A DNA stretch of 32,000 nt from Desulfocapsa sulfexigens DSM 10523 (GTDB taxonomy: Bacteria > Desulfobacterota > Desulfobulbia > Desulfobulbales > Desulfocapsaceae). Shown piece by piece: positions 23,864 to 32,000 of this stretch. The first letter of the stretch is position 1; each line of letters opens with the position of its first letter. The notes below the pieces were generated by a model, which ran no database searches, was not told the origin of the DNA, and saw only the letters and a list, made by a program, of their open reading frames with translations. The stretch is from positions 30,001 to 62,000 of the forward strand of contig NC_020304.1 in assembly GCF_000341395.1 (NCBI RefSeq), read 5' to 3'. The position numbers and the translations under genes were made by a program.

Positions 23864-25600
23864 ATGATAAAGCGTTACACCATGATCGGTCTTGCTGGCG
23901 CAGTGCTTTCAGCGCAGGTGTTCACAGGGACAGCATTTGCTGGACAAACAGCATTGTCACAGGAAGAACTTATAAATGAAATCAACATGTTGAAAAACAT
24001 TGTTCTGGATCTCAACGAACGTCTTGCCGGAGCAGAAGAGATGCTCCAGATGTCTCTTGAGATGAAAGAACAGCAGGATGCTCAAGTTGCGGATGTTGTA
24101 GAGGTTGTTGATGAACTTGACGAACGACTTGGTGACGCCGAAAAACATACCGCACTGGACAGAGTTACCATGGGTGTAGAACTTCAGACCCAGCTCAACT
24201 CCATTCATATGGACGTAGCAACCATGCCTGCAGCCAGTCAAATAATGATTGGTCAGATGGCTGTTGCAGGGTCACAGTTCTCCTCAGCTGAAATGGCCCA
24301 GATCCAGCAGATGATGAAACAGCAGGGGACTGAAAAACAATCTATTGATAATGATGCTCTTTTCACCAGTCGCATCCGTCTGGATCTTAAAGCAAAACCA
24401 GCCAACTCCCTTTCCTTTGTCGGACGTCTCTCAGCAGCCAAAGTTTTCGGCGATTCTACGGGAGTCAAATGGTACAATGGTGGCCCCAATGCAGTCACAA
24501 TGGATGGCAACATCCACAGTAATGGTAGTGACTCAGCCCTCCGTGTAGAGCGTGCCTTCTTTACCTATTTTGGCGATATGGGTGACGTTCCCTATCACTT
24601 CTCCCTAGGCAGGCGTCCCGCACTCGGTGGTGCCCCTGCTGAATTTTCAACATCCAGTATGGTTGGTGGCTCCCCCATGGCCCATGGTATCAACTGGCAG
24701 TTTGATGGTGCCTCCCTTGGTTTCGGCCTTGCCGACATAACAGGAATTCCTGGAGCGAACTTCAAACTATGCTGGGGGGTTGGCTTTGAGTCCGGAGTCG
24801 GTTCAGGAAACTCCTACTCCATGTCCTACAATTCTGACATCGATGACATGCAGTTTGGAGGATGGATTGCCAATCTGTACCAAGATGAAAACACTACAAT
24901 AACAAACATGTATGCCCATGCGGCAAACGTAACCGATGGATTCTCCGGTCTCGTTGTTACCCCCTTCACTTTGAATGGCCAGGATCTTAATGGTGACGGA
25001 CAATACGACCAATTTCAAATGAACGCCAATGATGGCGCCTATATCAGCCGTACAGAACCTACTGCTAATATCGGCTCCATTGACATCGTCACCCTGCTTG
25101 CACAATCAAAATTTGCCCAGGTTGATTTTTTTGTTGATTTGGCCATGAGCCATGCCAGACCTTCAGGACTTTCAGCAAACCCAACCATGCAACTCCTTGG
25201 TACTGACGCTCTACTTAACTCCAACGGAGAACAAAATGACCGTACTGGTTACTCTATCTGGGCCGGTGTCAAAACTGAGCTTCCATGGCAGGCAAGCATT
25301 GGATTTGAGTACAACTGGGGTTCAGAATACTGGATCGGCTTCACAGGCGGTGAAGACAATCCTGCCGGCTCCAAACTAGCTACCCGTGGATCCGTTTATG
25401 AGGTCTTCTATAACCATCCAATGGTAGAGAACAAGCTCACTCTTTCCATCGGAGCCCAGTACTATGACTACGACTACTCAGGAAGTGGTAATCCCATGGG
25501 CGCACCTGTTAAAATTGGAGAGCTGAGTGCACTTGATGCCTTTCTCCCTGTTACTGAAAGTATGTGGAACTATTACATGAACCTTGTGTATCGCTGGTAA
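23864..25600 (+). CDS. Putative outer-membrane beta-barrel protein with N-terminal coiled coil (DUF3373-like)
   Basis: GGGGAGA lies 5 nt upstream of the ATG at 23864. The signal peptide ends in TAFA|GQ. The coiled-coil stretch LSQEELINEINMLKNIVLDLNERL is followed by a long Gly/aromatic-rich region. The protein ends in ...NLVYRW, a terminal aromatic typical of OMPs. Confidence 0.6.
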   Translation: MIKRYTMIGLAGAVLSAQVFTGTAFAGQTALSQEELINEINMLKNIVLDLNERLAGAEEMLQMSLEMKEQQDAQVADVVEVVDELDERLGDAEKHTALDRVTMGVELQTQLNSIHMDVATMPAASQIMIGQMAVAGSQFSSAEMAQIQQMMKQQGTEKQSIDNDALFTSRIRLDLKAKPANSLSFVGRLSAAKVFGDSTGVKWYNGGPNAVTMDGNIHSNGSDSALRVERAFFTYFGDMGDVPYHFSLGRRPALGGAPAEFSTSSMVGGSPMAHGINWQFDGASLGFGLADITGIPGANFKLCWGVGFESGVGSGNSYSMSYNSDIDDMQFGGWIANLYQDENTTITNMYAHAANVTDGFSGLVVTPFTLNGQDLNGDGQYDQFQMNANDGAYISRTEPTANIGSIDIVTLLAQSKFAQVDFFVDLAMSHARPSGLSANPTMQLLGTDALLNSNGEQNDRTGYSIWAGVKTELPWQASIGFEYNWGSEYWIGFTGGEDNPAGSKLATRGSVYEVFYNHPMVENKLTLSIGAQYYDYDYSGSGNPMGAPVKIGELSALDAFLPVTESMWNYYMNLVYRW

Positions 25601-25651
25601 GCCACTATAAAAAACAAAACATGGCCATTGAAGTAACCGGAGCGGTATAAG

Positions 25652-25698
25652 AGCCGTAACGAAATTGATATAAATGTCTATGGTATTTCGTAACGGCT
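25652..25698 (+). other. Long-stem hairpin in the intergenic region
   Basis: AGCCGUAACGAAAU pairs with AUUUCGUAACGGCU (13 of 14 bp) around a 19-nt loop. Confidence 0.4.
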
Positions 25699-25739
25699 TC
25701 TAAGTTCTTCCTACTTGAGACTTTTTATCACCGCACAAA

Positions 25740-25777
25740 GGGGGCAGGCCGAAATTTTCGACCTGCCCCCTTTTTTT
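25740..25777 (+). terminator. Rho-independent terminator after the outer-membrane protein gene
   Basis: GGGGGCAGGCCGA pairs with UCGACCUGCCCCC (12 bp plus one mismatch), followed by T7. Confidence 0.85.
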
Positions 25778-25805
25778 GCTAATCACCTTAGAAAAACGTT
25801 CTCAA

Positions 25806-25811
25806 TATAAT
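25806..25811 (+). promoter_or_regulatory. Possible -10 box (TATAAT) for the cytochrome-rhodanese gene
   Basis: A perfect TATAAT lies 18 nt upstream of the ATG at 25830. I found no convincing -35 box. Confidence 0.3.
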
Positions 25812-25829
25812 TCATAGCTGGAGATATAC

Positions 25830-27965
25830 ATGCTCTCTGCCAAAAAAGCTGTTTTCTTTATCATTCCCTTGCTCGGCCTTTCCTTCGCACCTGCAAACAT
25901 CGTCAAGGGAGCAGAGCTCAGTCAATGCGCTCTTTGTCATACAGATCCTGAGTTAATAGACGAATTAACAGAAGAAGCCATCATGTATGGCGAGGGAGAT
26001 CCTGAAATTTCCTCCAGACAGATAGGTAATGGATATGGTGTAAAACAGGCACCATTTGATCTTTATGAAAAAATCCTAGTAAGCGAGTCTTTTCTCTCCT
26101 CCACTCATGGACAAATCCCCTGTCAACTCTGCCACCTCGGAAATCCTGACAGCAATGATCCGGCAACCGCCCACGCCGGAATGCTGAGAGATCCAAGTCT
26201 CAGCAGTACGGAAACATGTGGCCAGTGTCATGAAGACATCGTCTCAAAGGCTATCAACTCACTACACATGAACGCCACCCCACTGTACGCATCTCTTGAA
26301 AAAAGATGCAGCAGGGAACAAATGGATAGTATGAAGGAATCCACTCTTCAAAAGCAGTGCCTTAGTTGCCACCAGGGAAGCTGTGGATCATGTCATGTCA
26401 GTAGGCCTGCCGTTTCTGGAGGTGGCCTGCGACAGGGGCATATTTTCAAGAAAAAACCTGACTTTGTTGACCAGTGCCTTCCCTGCCATACCTCCCCTAC
26501 CGGTAATGATTTCATTGGCAAAAACGGGAAAGGCGATGTGCACTATCGCAAACACCAAATGACCTGCTCCGGTTGCCATTCCGGGCCTGAATTACATGCC
26601 TCCGCCGGGAAAGCAACAAACAGATATCATTTTGACCAGCGTCCCCAGTGTATCGACTGCCACACAGACATCTCCACTGGCCCGATTCCCGAGCATGTCA
26701 CTCATAAGAATGTTTCATGCTATGTATGCCATGCAGCACCTTATCAAAATTGCACATCCTGTCACATCGGCTTAGATGAGAACGGTGTTTCCTATTCACA
26801 ATCCTCTCCCCCAAAGCAGAATTTCAAGATTGGACTGAATCCAGACAAAAAAGGTGCGCGTTATGTTCTCATGCGCGAAGTAGGCATTCATCGAGACACC
26901 TTTAAAAATGATATTGGAAAGATGAAGCGATTCTCAGCCCTTCCCACTTACAAAATGGCAACACCCCACACAATCCAGCGGCGGACTTGGCAGACTGCAG
27001 ATTGTAATCACTGCCATGGAAACAAAGACCTTTTCCTGACGCAGGATACTGTGCCCTTTGACGCCATTGTAGCCAACAACCATGTCCTGCTAAAGTCCAC
27101 CGATATCCCAGAAAAAGTTCAGACAAAACGTTCGTTTATCCTTTCCCCAACCCATCCCGACCCAGCCATGCGGGTTTCCGCGGACTGGTTAAAAAAACAT
27201 TATAAGGATAAAAATCTTGTCATTCTAGATACCCGGACCAAAGCACAATACGAAAAAGGACACATTCCAGGAGCCTATCACCTCTGTTTCTGTCTCTTTA
27301 GAACAGGAGCCGAAGCTACTCCACCATACATGATGCTATCTCCTCAAGAGCTCGCCAAAACTTTAGGCGGTCCGCGTCTTGGACTTTCCCCAGATACCCG
27401 CGTGGTTCTCTACGATGATGGGCACAGTGGTCGTGGTATAGTTTTTCTGGCATTACAGATGATTGGCCATCAGAAAATCTCCTTTCTCGATGGCAATATC
27501 TCTTCATGGGAACAGAGTGGTTTCACCCTTGCTAAGGGAAAAGCACCTCAGGCAAAGGTGAACGATTATCCTGTTAAGGCTACAAACCCTCTTGTGGACA
27601 ACCATGGTATTATCGAACTCATGGGTTCCGGACAGGCTATAGTGGTTGATGTCCGCAATGCTGCCCAGCACAATGGTCATATGAAACGATCTGATATCAC
27701 GAAGAAAGGAGGTTCCATCCCGGAATCTCTGAGCTTTCCATTACAGACTGTCGTTGACGGTGAAGGAATGATTCATTCTGATGAGCGTTTATCCTGGTTG
27801 CTCTCCACAGCCGGCATAAACCAGTCTCGAGAAAAAAAGATCATTGTAACCTGCAATACGAATATGCTGGCTGCAGAGTTCTATATGATACTGACCTACC
27901 TCGGATACGACAACGTCAGAATCCACGATGGCTCATGGGCTGAATGGTCTGCAGAATTTCAATAA
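25830..27965 (+). CDS. Secreted undecaheme c-type cytochrome fused to a C-terminal tandem rhodanese (TST/SseA-like) module
   Basis: A Sec-type signal peptide is present. There are 11 CxxCH motifs between residues 33 and 396 (nt 25926-27017). Rhodanese domain 1 (LVILDTRTKAQYEKGHIPGAYHL) has no active-site Cys. Rhodanese domain 2 (IVVDVRNAAQHNGH...GGSIPESLSFP) has Cys675 in the loop CNTNMLA (nt 27852-27854). Confidence 0.85.
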   Translation: MLSAKKAVFFIIPLLGLSFAPANIVKGAELSQCALCHTDPELIDELTEEAIMYGEGDPEISSRQIGNGYGVKQAPFDLYEKILVSESFLSSTHGQIPCQLCHLGNPDSNDPATAHAGMLRDPSLSSTETCGQCHEDIVSKAINSLHMNATPLYASLEKRCSREQMDSMKESTLQKQCLSCHQGSCGSCHVSRPAVSGGGLRQGHIFKKKPDFVDQCLPCHTSPTGNDFIGKNGKGDVHYRKHQMTCSGCHSGPELHASAGKATNRYHFDQRPQCIDCHTDISTGPIPEHVTHKNVSCYVCHAAPYQNCTSCHIGLDENGVSYSQSSPPKQNFKIGLNPDKKGARYVLMREVGIHRDTFKNDIGKMKRFSALPTYKMATPHTIQRRTWQTADCNHCHGNKDLFLTQDTVPFDAIVANNHVLLKSTDIPEKVQTKRSFILSPTHPDPAMRVSADWLKKHYKDKNLVILDTRTKAQYEKGHIPGAYHLCFCLFRTGAEATPPYMMLSPQELAKTLGGPRLGLSPDTRVVLYDDGHSGRGIVFLALQMIGHQKISFLDGNISSWEQSGFTLAKGKAPQAKVNDYPVKATNPLVDNHGIIELMGSGQAIVVDVRNAAQHNGHMKRSDITKKGGSIPESLSFPLQTVVDGEGMIHSDERLSWLLSTAGINQSREKKIIVTCNTNMLAAEFYMILTYLGYDNVRIHDGSWAEWSAEFQ

Positions 27966-28083
27966 AATTGGAGTATTAGTTTTTCTACCCCACCTGAAAC
28001 AGGCCCCACAGGCGACAGGCAAGAACATCCAGCGGGTAGTCTGAACTCAAGGAAAACTTTCCAAATTCTCTCCTTCCCCAAAT

Positions 28084-28124
28084 AAAAAAGGCCCCCTCCC
28101 TGATCCAGGAAGGGGGCCTTTTTT
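28084..28124. terminator. Bidirectional rho-independent terminator between convergent cytochrome genes
   Basis: The order is A6, then stem GGCCCCCUCCC, then loop UGAUCCA, then stem GGAAGGGGGCC, then T6. The stem has 10 bp plus one mismatch. Confidence 0.85.
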
Positions 28125-28149
28125 ACAACAGAATACCAGCTAATTTTCT

Positions 28150-28842
28150 CTATTCACAAGTCTTGGGCTTTTCAGCATCAAGTGCGTACTGCCGAAAAAA
28201 CTGATGGAGATGCTCCAGCTGTGCGATGGAGTAATTATAGCTATCAAATTCTGGCATAGCCTTTTTTAACTTCTTAAAGTCATTGGTAAAGAAACGATCC
28301 CATGCCTTCTTGGTGCGATCAGCAGGAGACAGTATAGGGGCATTATTTTTCTTGTGACAGGCCAGGCATTTTCGGAAGATATAACGTCCCTTACCGGCAT
28401 TACCCGCATCCATATCGAACTTTTCCTGGTTCGTGGCACTGGTCTTACTGGCAGCTTTCTTCATCGCCGAGGAGGACTGTGTTGTTGTTCTCTGGGGCAT
28501 GGCAGCGACAGCAGCACTTCCTGAATTATTTTTCACTGCAGTATCAACAAGATAACGATGAATATTCTCCAGCTGTCTATCATTAATTCCAACAGCAGAG
28601 AAATCATGATCCATCTCCCTTAATTTCTTGTAATCGTTAGCAAAAAAGACTTCCCACGCCTCAGCACTCCGTTCCTGAGGCTGTAAAGATGTCAGTCCTT
28701 TTTCCTTATGACATGAGCGACAGGTCTGAATAGCATACTTCCCCCAAAGGGCATTCCCGCCCATAGAATCAAAGGCAGCCTGAGAATCCTGTACTGCAAC
28801 AAACAACAAGCCAGCAACCATGGCTGACGCAAACATTTTCAT
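28150..28842 (-). CDS. Secreted diheme c-type cytochrome made of two homologous modules joined by a Ser/Thr/Ala-rich linker
   Basis: A GAGGAG RBS is present and the signal peptide ends in SQA|AF. The heme motifs are CRSCH (residue 41) and CLACH (residue 159). The two modules align as FD..GNA..G.Y....C..CHK...L.P..R...AW..FF.ND.KKL...F...QLE..H. Confidence 0.8.
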   Translation of the reverse strand: MKMFASAMVAGLLFVAVQDSQAAFDSMGGNALWGKYAIQTCRSCHKEKGLTSLQPQERSAEAWEVFFANDYKKLREMDHDFSAVGINDRQLENIHRYLVDTAVKNNSGSAAVAAMPQRTTTQSSSAMKKAASKTSATNQEKFDMDAGNAGKGRYIFRKCLACHKKNNAPILSPADRTKKAWDRFFTNDFKKLKKAMPEFDSYNYSIAQLEHLHQFFRQYALDAEKPKTCE

Positions 28843-28963
28843 AAATCACTCCTCAGAAAAACGTTTTTTTATTCACAATGCCCTGCAAAAGGTCATTTTT
28901 TCTACAATAAGAAAGATACATGACTGCAGACAAATTACCAAGTAAATTTACTCCCTTTCTCTG

Positions 28964-30766
28964 CTATTCGTTATATTTTCCACCTGACTGCCTTTCAATA
29001 AAGCCCCAATAGGGGTAATCCACCTCATATTCTGCAATCAGCCCGGGACTATGCTCTCTGCTGGCAACAAGCCAGAGTTTATTTCTTCGTCTCTGCTCGG
29101 TCACAGAACTGAGTGGGTCCCAATCCGGATACAGCACCATGGCGTTATCAGCACTGTACTCTATATCACCTGAACCCTTAAAAACCCCAAGATGCGGCGT
29201 TTCCTTATAGCTCTTCCCATCCCCCCTGGAAAGTTCTGAAATAACAAGGAAAGAGACGTTCAATTCATCACGAATGGATTCCATTTGTCTCAGCCAGGCA
29301 TCAATACCTGTTCTTCGTTCTGAAAAATCCTTAAATGGTAACTTATGCAGGCTATCTATTACGACAATTGTATAATCGCTATGGGTCTCATGGTGGATAA
29401 AATCAATATGACGACGCATAATTTCCGGAGTTACCTGCCTGTCATTGATAACCCTGAAAAACTGCAGCATCTCTTGAAGGCGTTCGCAGGCCCCCCTATA
29501 TCGTGCCGCCTCGTCAGGGCTGAAAGATCCTTTCCGTATTGCCTCTGAAGAGAGTTGACTCAAGCGGCAAAGCGTACGATGATACAGTTTCTGACGACCA
29601 TTTTCGAAGTCATAATACAATACCGGAATGTTGCGCAATGCCATATCAGTGGCTATCTGGATCAAAAAAGTGGACTTCCCTGACTTTGGCGCTCCACCTA
29701 CGACATTAATACCGTGAACGCCATCAAGAGCGTCGTCGAAGAGTGGAAATCCTGTTCTAAGAGCCATGTAGGAGGATCCCCCCTCCATGGAAAGCTGTTC
29801 CTGGAAATGCGCATATTCCCGCGATGGAGTCGTGAAAGGAGAAAAGGCCCTGGCACCCTGAATCAACGCAGAAACAGCAGCACGAAACTGCTTGCCTTTA
29901 TCTTTTGCCAGCTGGCATAGAGTGTAATCTTTTGCCAATCCAACGGGCCACCTGAATGGTCGCACCTTATACCCTATACGAGCGGCGAGTTTTCGCATAC
30001 TTGCTTCAGCCTCGGCACTGTTACTGGTAACTAGAAAAAGGGTTTTGATAAAAGCAAACCTCTGCGGATCGATACTCTCAAGCACATGAGAGTCGGGCAC
30101 TGCTACAGCAGGGTATCCTAATTGCTTTAAGGCGAGAAGTGTCTCTTCCCCTTCACAGAGAAAAAGGCTGCCATTTTCACAACGATTTATGTCCTCCACA
30201 TTAAAAATCTGATACTCCTCACTAAAGAACTGTTCATTACCATGCCAGAAATAATCATCCTGACGGTCAGGAAAGACACAACGGGCAGCGTAGCAGTTTC
30301 CATCCTCCTGGAAATAGGGAAAAACAATATAGCGTCCATTGAAGCCAACATGCAATTGAGACAGAGCATCCTGCCCTATCCCTTTCTCACTAAAGCGATC
30401 CAGCAGTGGTTCTGTGAAATTCCCCTCATAGGATTGTATCTCAAGATTTCTATTTGCGGAGGGATAGTCAGCGGTGCTTAGAATTGGTTCCCGGTCAGGG
30501 TCATAACCAGGAACCTTAGCAAGATCGATACCTGACAGCTTAGCAAACCAGAGAGGAAAGCCACCGGGGACACAGTTGTTCAGACAACGAAAATAACCAT
30601 GAAAGAAACCGCTCTTTTTGAGGAAAACAACTAATCGATCATGGGGGTCAAATCCCCTTTCGTGACAAAAGGGACAATCGGCGGTCAGATGTTTTTTTTC
30701 GCCCCTGGCATTTACAAGATTACGCTGGTAGAATTCCGCAACACTATCATTCAGCTCAGTTACCAT
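28964..30766 (-). CDS. T7 gp4/Twinkle-like protein: Zn-finger + Toprim (degenerate) + DnaB-family RecA-like helicase domain
   Basis: The Zn finger is CPFCH...FRCLNNC. The Toprim region has LCEGEETLLALKQLGYPAVAV, but the DxD position reads TSNS. The helicase domain has Walker A GAPKSGKS, Walker B IVVIDS, SELSR and GSGDIEYSADNAMVLY (DnaB H4-like). Confidence 0.75.
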   Translation of the reverse strand: MVTELNDSVAEFYQRNLVNARGEKKHLTADCPFCHERGFDPHDRLVVFLKKSGFFHGYFRCLNNCVPGGFPLWFAKLSGIDLAKVPGYDPDREPILSTADYPSANRNLEIQSYEGNFTEPLLDRFSEKGIGQDALSQLHVGFNGRYIVFPYFQEDGNCYAARCVFPDRQDDYFWHGNEQFFSEEYQIFNVEDINRCENGSLFLCEGEETLLALKQLGYPAVAVPDSHVLESIDPQRFAFIKTLFLVTSNSAEAEASMRKLAARIGYKVRPFRWPVGLAKDYTLCQLAKDKGKQFRAAVSALIQGARAFSPFTTPSREYAHFQEQLSMEGGSSYMALRTGFPLFDDALDGVHGINVVGGAPKSGKSTFLIQIATDMALRNIPVLYYDFENGRQKLYHRTLCRLSQLSSEAIRKGSFSPDEAARYRGACERLQEMLQFFRVINDRQVTPEIMRRHIDFIHHETHSDYTIVVIDSLHKLPFKDFSERRTGIDAWLRQMESIRDELNVSFLVISELSRGDGKSYKETPHLGVFKGSGDIEYSADNAMVLYPDWDPLSSVTEQRRRNKLWLVASREHSPGLIAEYEVDYPYWGFIERQSGGKYNE

Positions 30767-31985
30767 TAATAAGATCCGTCATTTTCTTAGCTTCAAGTTC
30801 AGTGTCAAAACTGATGTGAACAGAACGGCCAGGCTCAGCAGAGTACAGGTTACGCACGGCAACAACGGTTCCGGAAAGACTCACCTGTTTTTCGTGTCCT
30901 TCACTATCACTAAAAAAAATCTTCACTTGACGCCCAAGAAGCGTTCGTGCCTGTTTCCGCTGGGTTATCCTCGACAGAAATGACAATCCTCCTGTGGAGA
31001 TATCACTCCCTTCTCCGCGGATAGTCGTATCTGTAAGTTCTCCACTGTCATCGAGCAGGATGATGTGGATTGAATCCGCCAGTGGAATTCTCTCTTCTTG
31101 ACGCCGTTCAGCACCCGTGCTAAGAAAAAAATCATTCACCTTATCAAATCTAAGACAGTAGTCCTGGATTTTCGCTTCAATGGCTGGATGCTCTTCCCGC
31201 CACTCATCTACAGACTTCATGGAAAGAGTGGACAACTCTACGCTCCCCATACTTGCCGCATTCAGAGTCCATACTGAATCATCAAAAAAGGAGGCCCCAC
31301 CAAAGACATTTCCAGGACCAACCGTCTTCACCAGCGTTTCATTCTCTTTTTCGTTAAAATAGAGTTTCACCCGTCCCTTATTCACAAAGAAAAGACGCCA
31401 CTGGGGATCCCCCTGTTTAACAATAATGGTCTCTGTAGGGTAGGTTTCATGTTCCAGAGAATGATACAAAACATTAAATTCCTCCGTCGTCAGCAGGTCA
31501 TACAAATCCGACCAGATAAGGATATGCCCCTGATCAATTGAATTACTTTTGGCATCTTCTATAATTTCTGCGGCCCTGATAATCTCAGCCAACGCCATAG
31601 CATCTATATCAATCAGACGGAGACGTAATGCTTCTGCCTCATTAAATTTTCTCAATTGGGCCGTTTTTTCAATCAGTGCACTAAGTATTTTTTTCGCAGA
31701 TTCCGCCTTGTCCTTACCCAGTAAGGCGTACACTTCACGTTCTTCCGGGTAATCTGTAATTGGCTCGTATTCTTTCTCAACAGGAGGCGGTACGCTCTTT
31801 ACCACAGATTCCACTGCGGCAGTTCTAGCCTCCTGGTGCTTCTCTACCCTGGCATCCAGGCCACTCCTTTGTGAGTTCTCCTTCTCCTCAATAAGGGCAA
31901 CTGCCAGTTTTGCAGCACGAACACTCTCCTGACCAAACTGGTTGCGACCACCATCAATGATACTCTGCAGCGGTACCAAGGCCAT
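30756..31985 (-). CDS. Cyclic-nucleotide-binding-like (CAP_ED) + PilZ domain protein
   Basis: The CAP_ED-like beta-roll reads IIVKQGDPQWRLFFVNKGRVKLYF...VGPGNVFGGASFF. The PilZ motifs are RRQEER and DISTGG. The stop overlaps the downstream start by 11 nt (ATGGTAACTGA). The frame stays open to the window end, so the true start may lie beyond 32000. Confidence 0.7.
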   Translation of the reverse strand: MALVPLQSIIDGGRNQFGQESVRAAKLAVALIEEKENSQRSGLDARVEKHQEARTAAVESVVKSVPPPVEKEYEPITDYPEEREVYALLGKDKAESAKKILSALIEKTAQLRKFNEAEALRLRLIDIDAMALAEIIRAAEIIEDAKSNSIDQGHILIWSDLYDLLTTEEFNVLYHSLEHETYPTETIIVKQGDPQWRLFFVNKGRVKLYFNEKENETLVKTVGPGNVFGGASFFDDSVWTLNAASMGSVELSTLSMKSVDEWREEHPAIEAKIQDYCLRFDKVNDFFLSTGAERRQEERIPLADSIHIILLDDSGELTDTTIRGEGSDISTGGLSFLSRITQRKQARTLLGRQVKIFFSDSEGHEKQVSLSGTVVAVRNLYSAEPGRSVHISFDTELEAKKMTDLINGN

Positions 31986-32000
31986 CGAGGAGTCAGTGGC

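Noticed and set aside
28964-30766. Calling the gp4-like gene a prophage or integrative-element remnant.
   Set aside because: No integrase, tRNA, att-like direct repeats, or capsid or terminase genes are visible in the window. Its neighbours are ordinary chromosomal genes. I cannot exclude this because the window ends at 32000, so it is left as an alternative hypothesis only.
1-32000. A window-wide search for CRISPR arrays, IS elements with terminal inverted repeats, tRNA or rRNA genes, and long direct repeats.
   Set aside because: I saw no regularly spaced repeats, transposase-like ORFs or cloverleaf-type sequences by eye. The only repeats found are hairpins and terminators, plus the intragenic duplication in the diheme cytochrome.

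Overview
This looks like a core-chromosome segment of an anaerobic, cytochrome-rich bacterium. The gene content fits a Desulfobacterota/Desulfobulbales-like organism, but that is inference only. I support about 25 protein genes. They are: a 5'-truncated MtaD-like amidohydrolase, two tandem TatA-family genes, a stand-alone PilZ protein, a small monoheme c-type cytochrome, an EF-hand-like hypothetical, a three-gene archaeal-type split glutamate synthase, an orphan PhnD-like binding protein, a class A PBP plus a Cys-cluster protein, a DUF47/PiT phosphate transporter pair, a P-loop/FHA-like/metallophosphoesterase fusion, mutL, a 3D-domain protein, trmFO, and a Ste24-type M48 protease. A redox cluster follows: a heme-sensor-HAMP protein, a putative outer-membrane protein, an 11-heme cytochrome fused to a tandem rhodanese, and an internally duplicated diheme cytochrome. 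The last pair is a cNMP-binding/PilZ protein translationally coupled to a T7 gp4/Twinkle-like primase-helicase. I saw no rRNA, tRNA, CRISPR array, IS element or integrase. The best candidates for new biology are: (i) the undecaheme-rhodanese fusion and its neighbourhood; (ii) the cNMP/PilZ plus gp4-like ATPase pair; (iii) the P-loop/FHA/phosphoesterase fusion; and (iv) an unannotated ~176-nt structured RNA at 2404-2581 (minus strand) with its own promoter and U-tract, which is 6S-like in shape. All domain calls come from motifs read by eye in the supplied translations. No database search was run.
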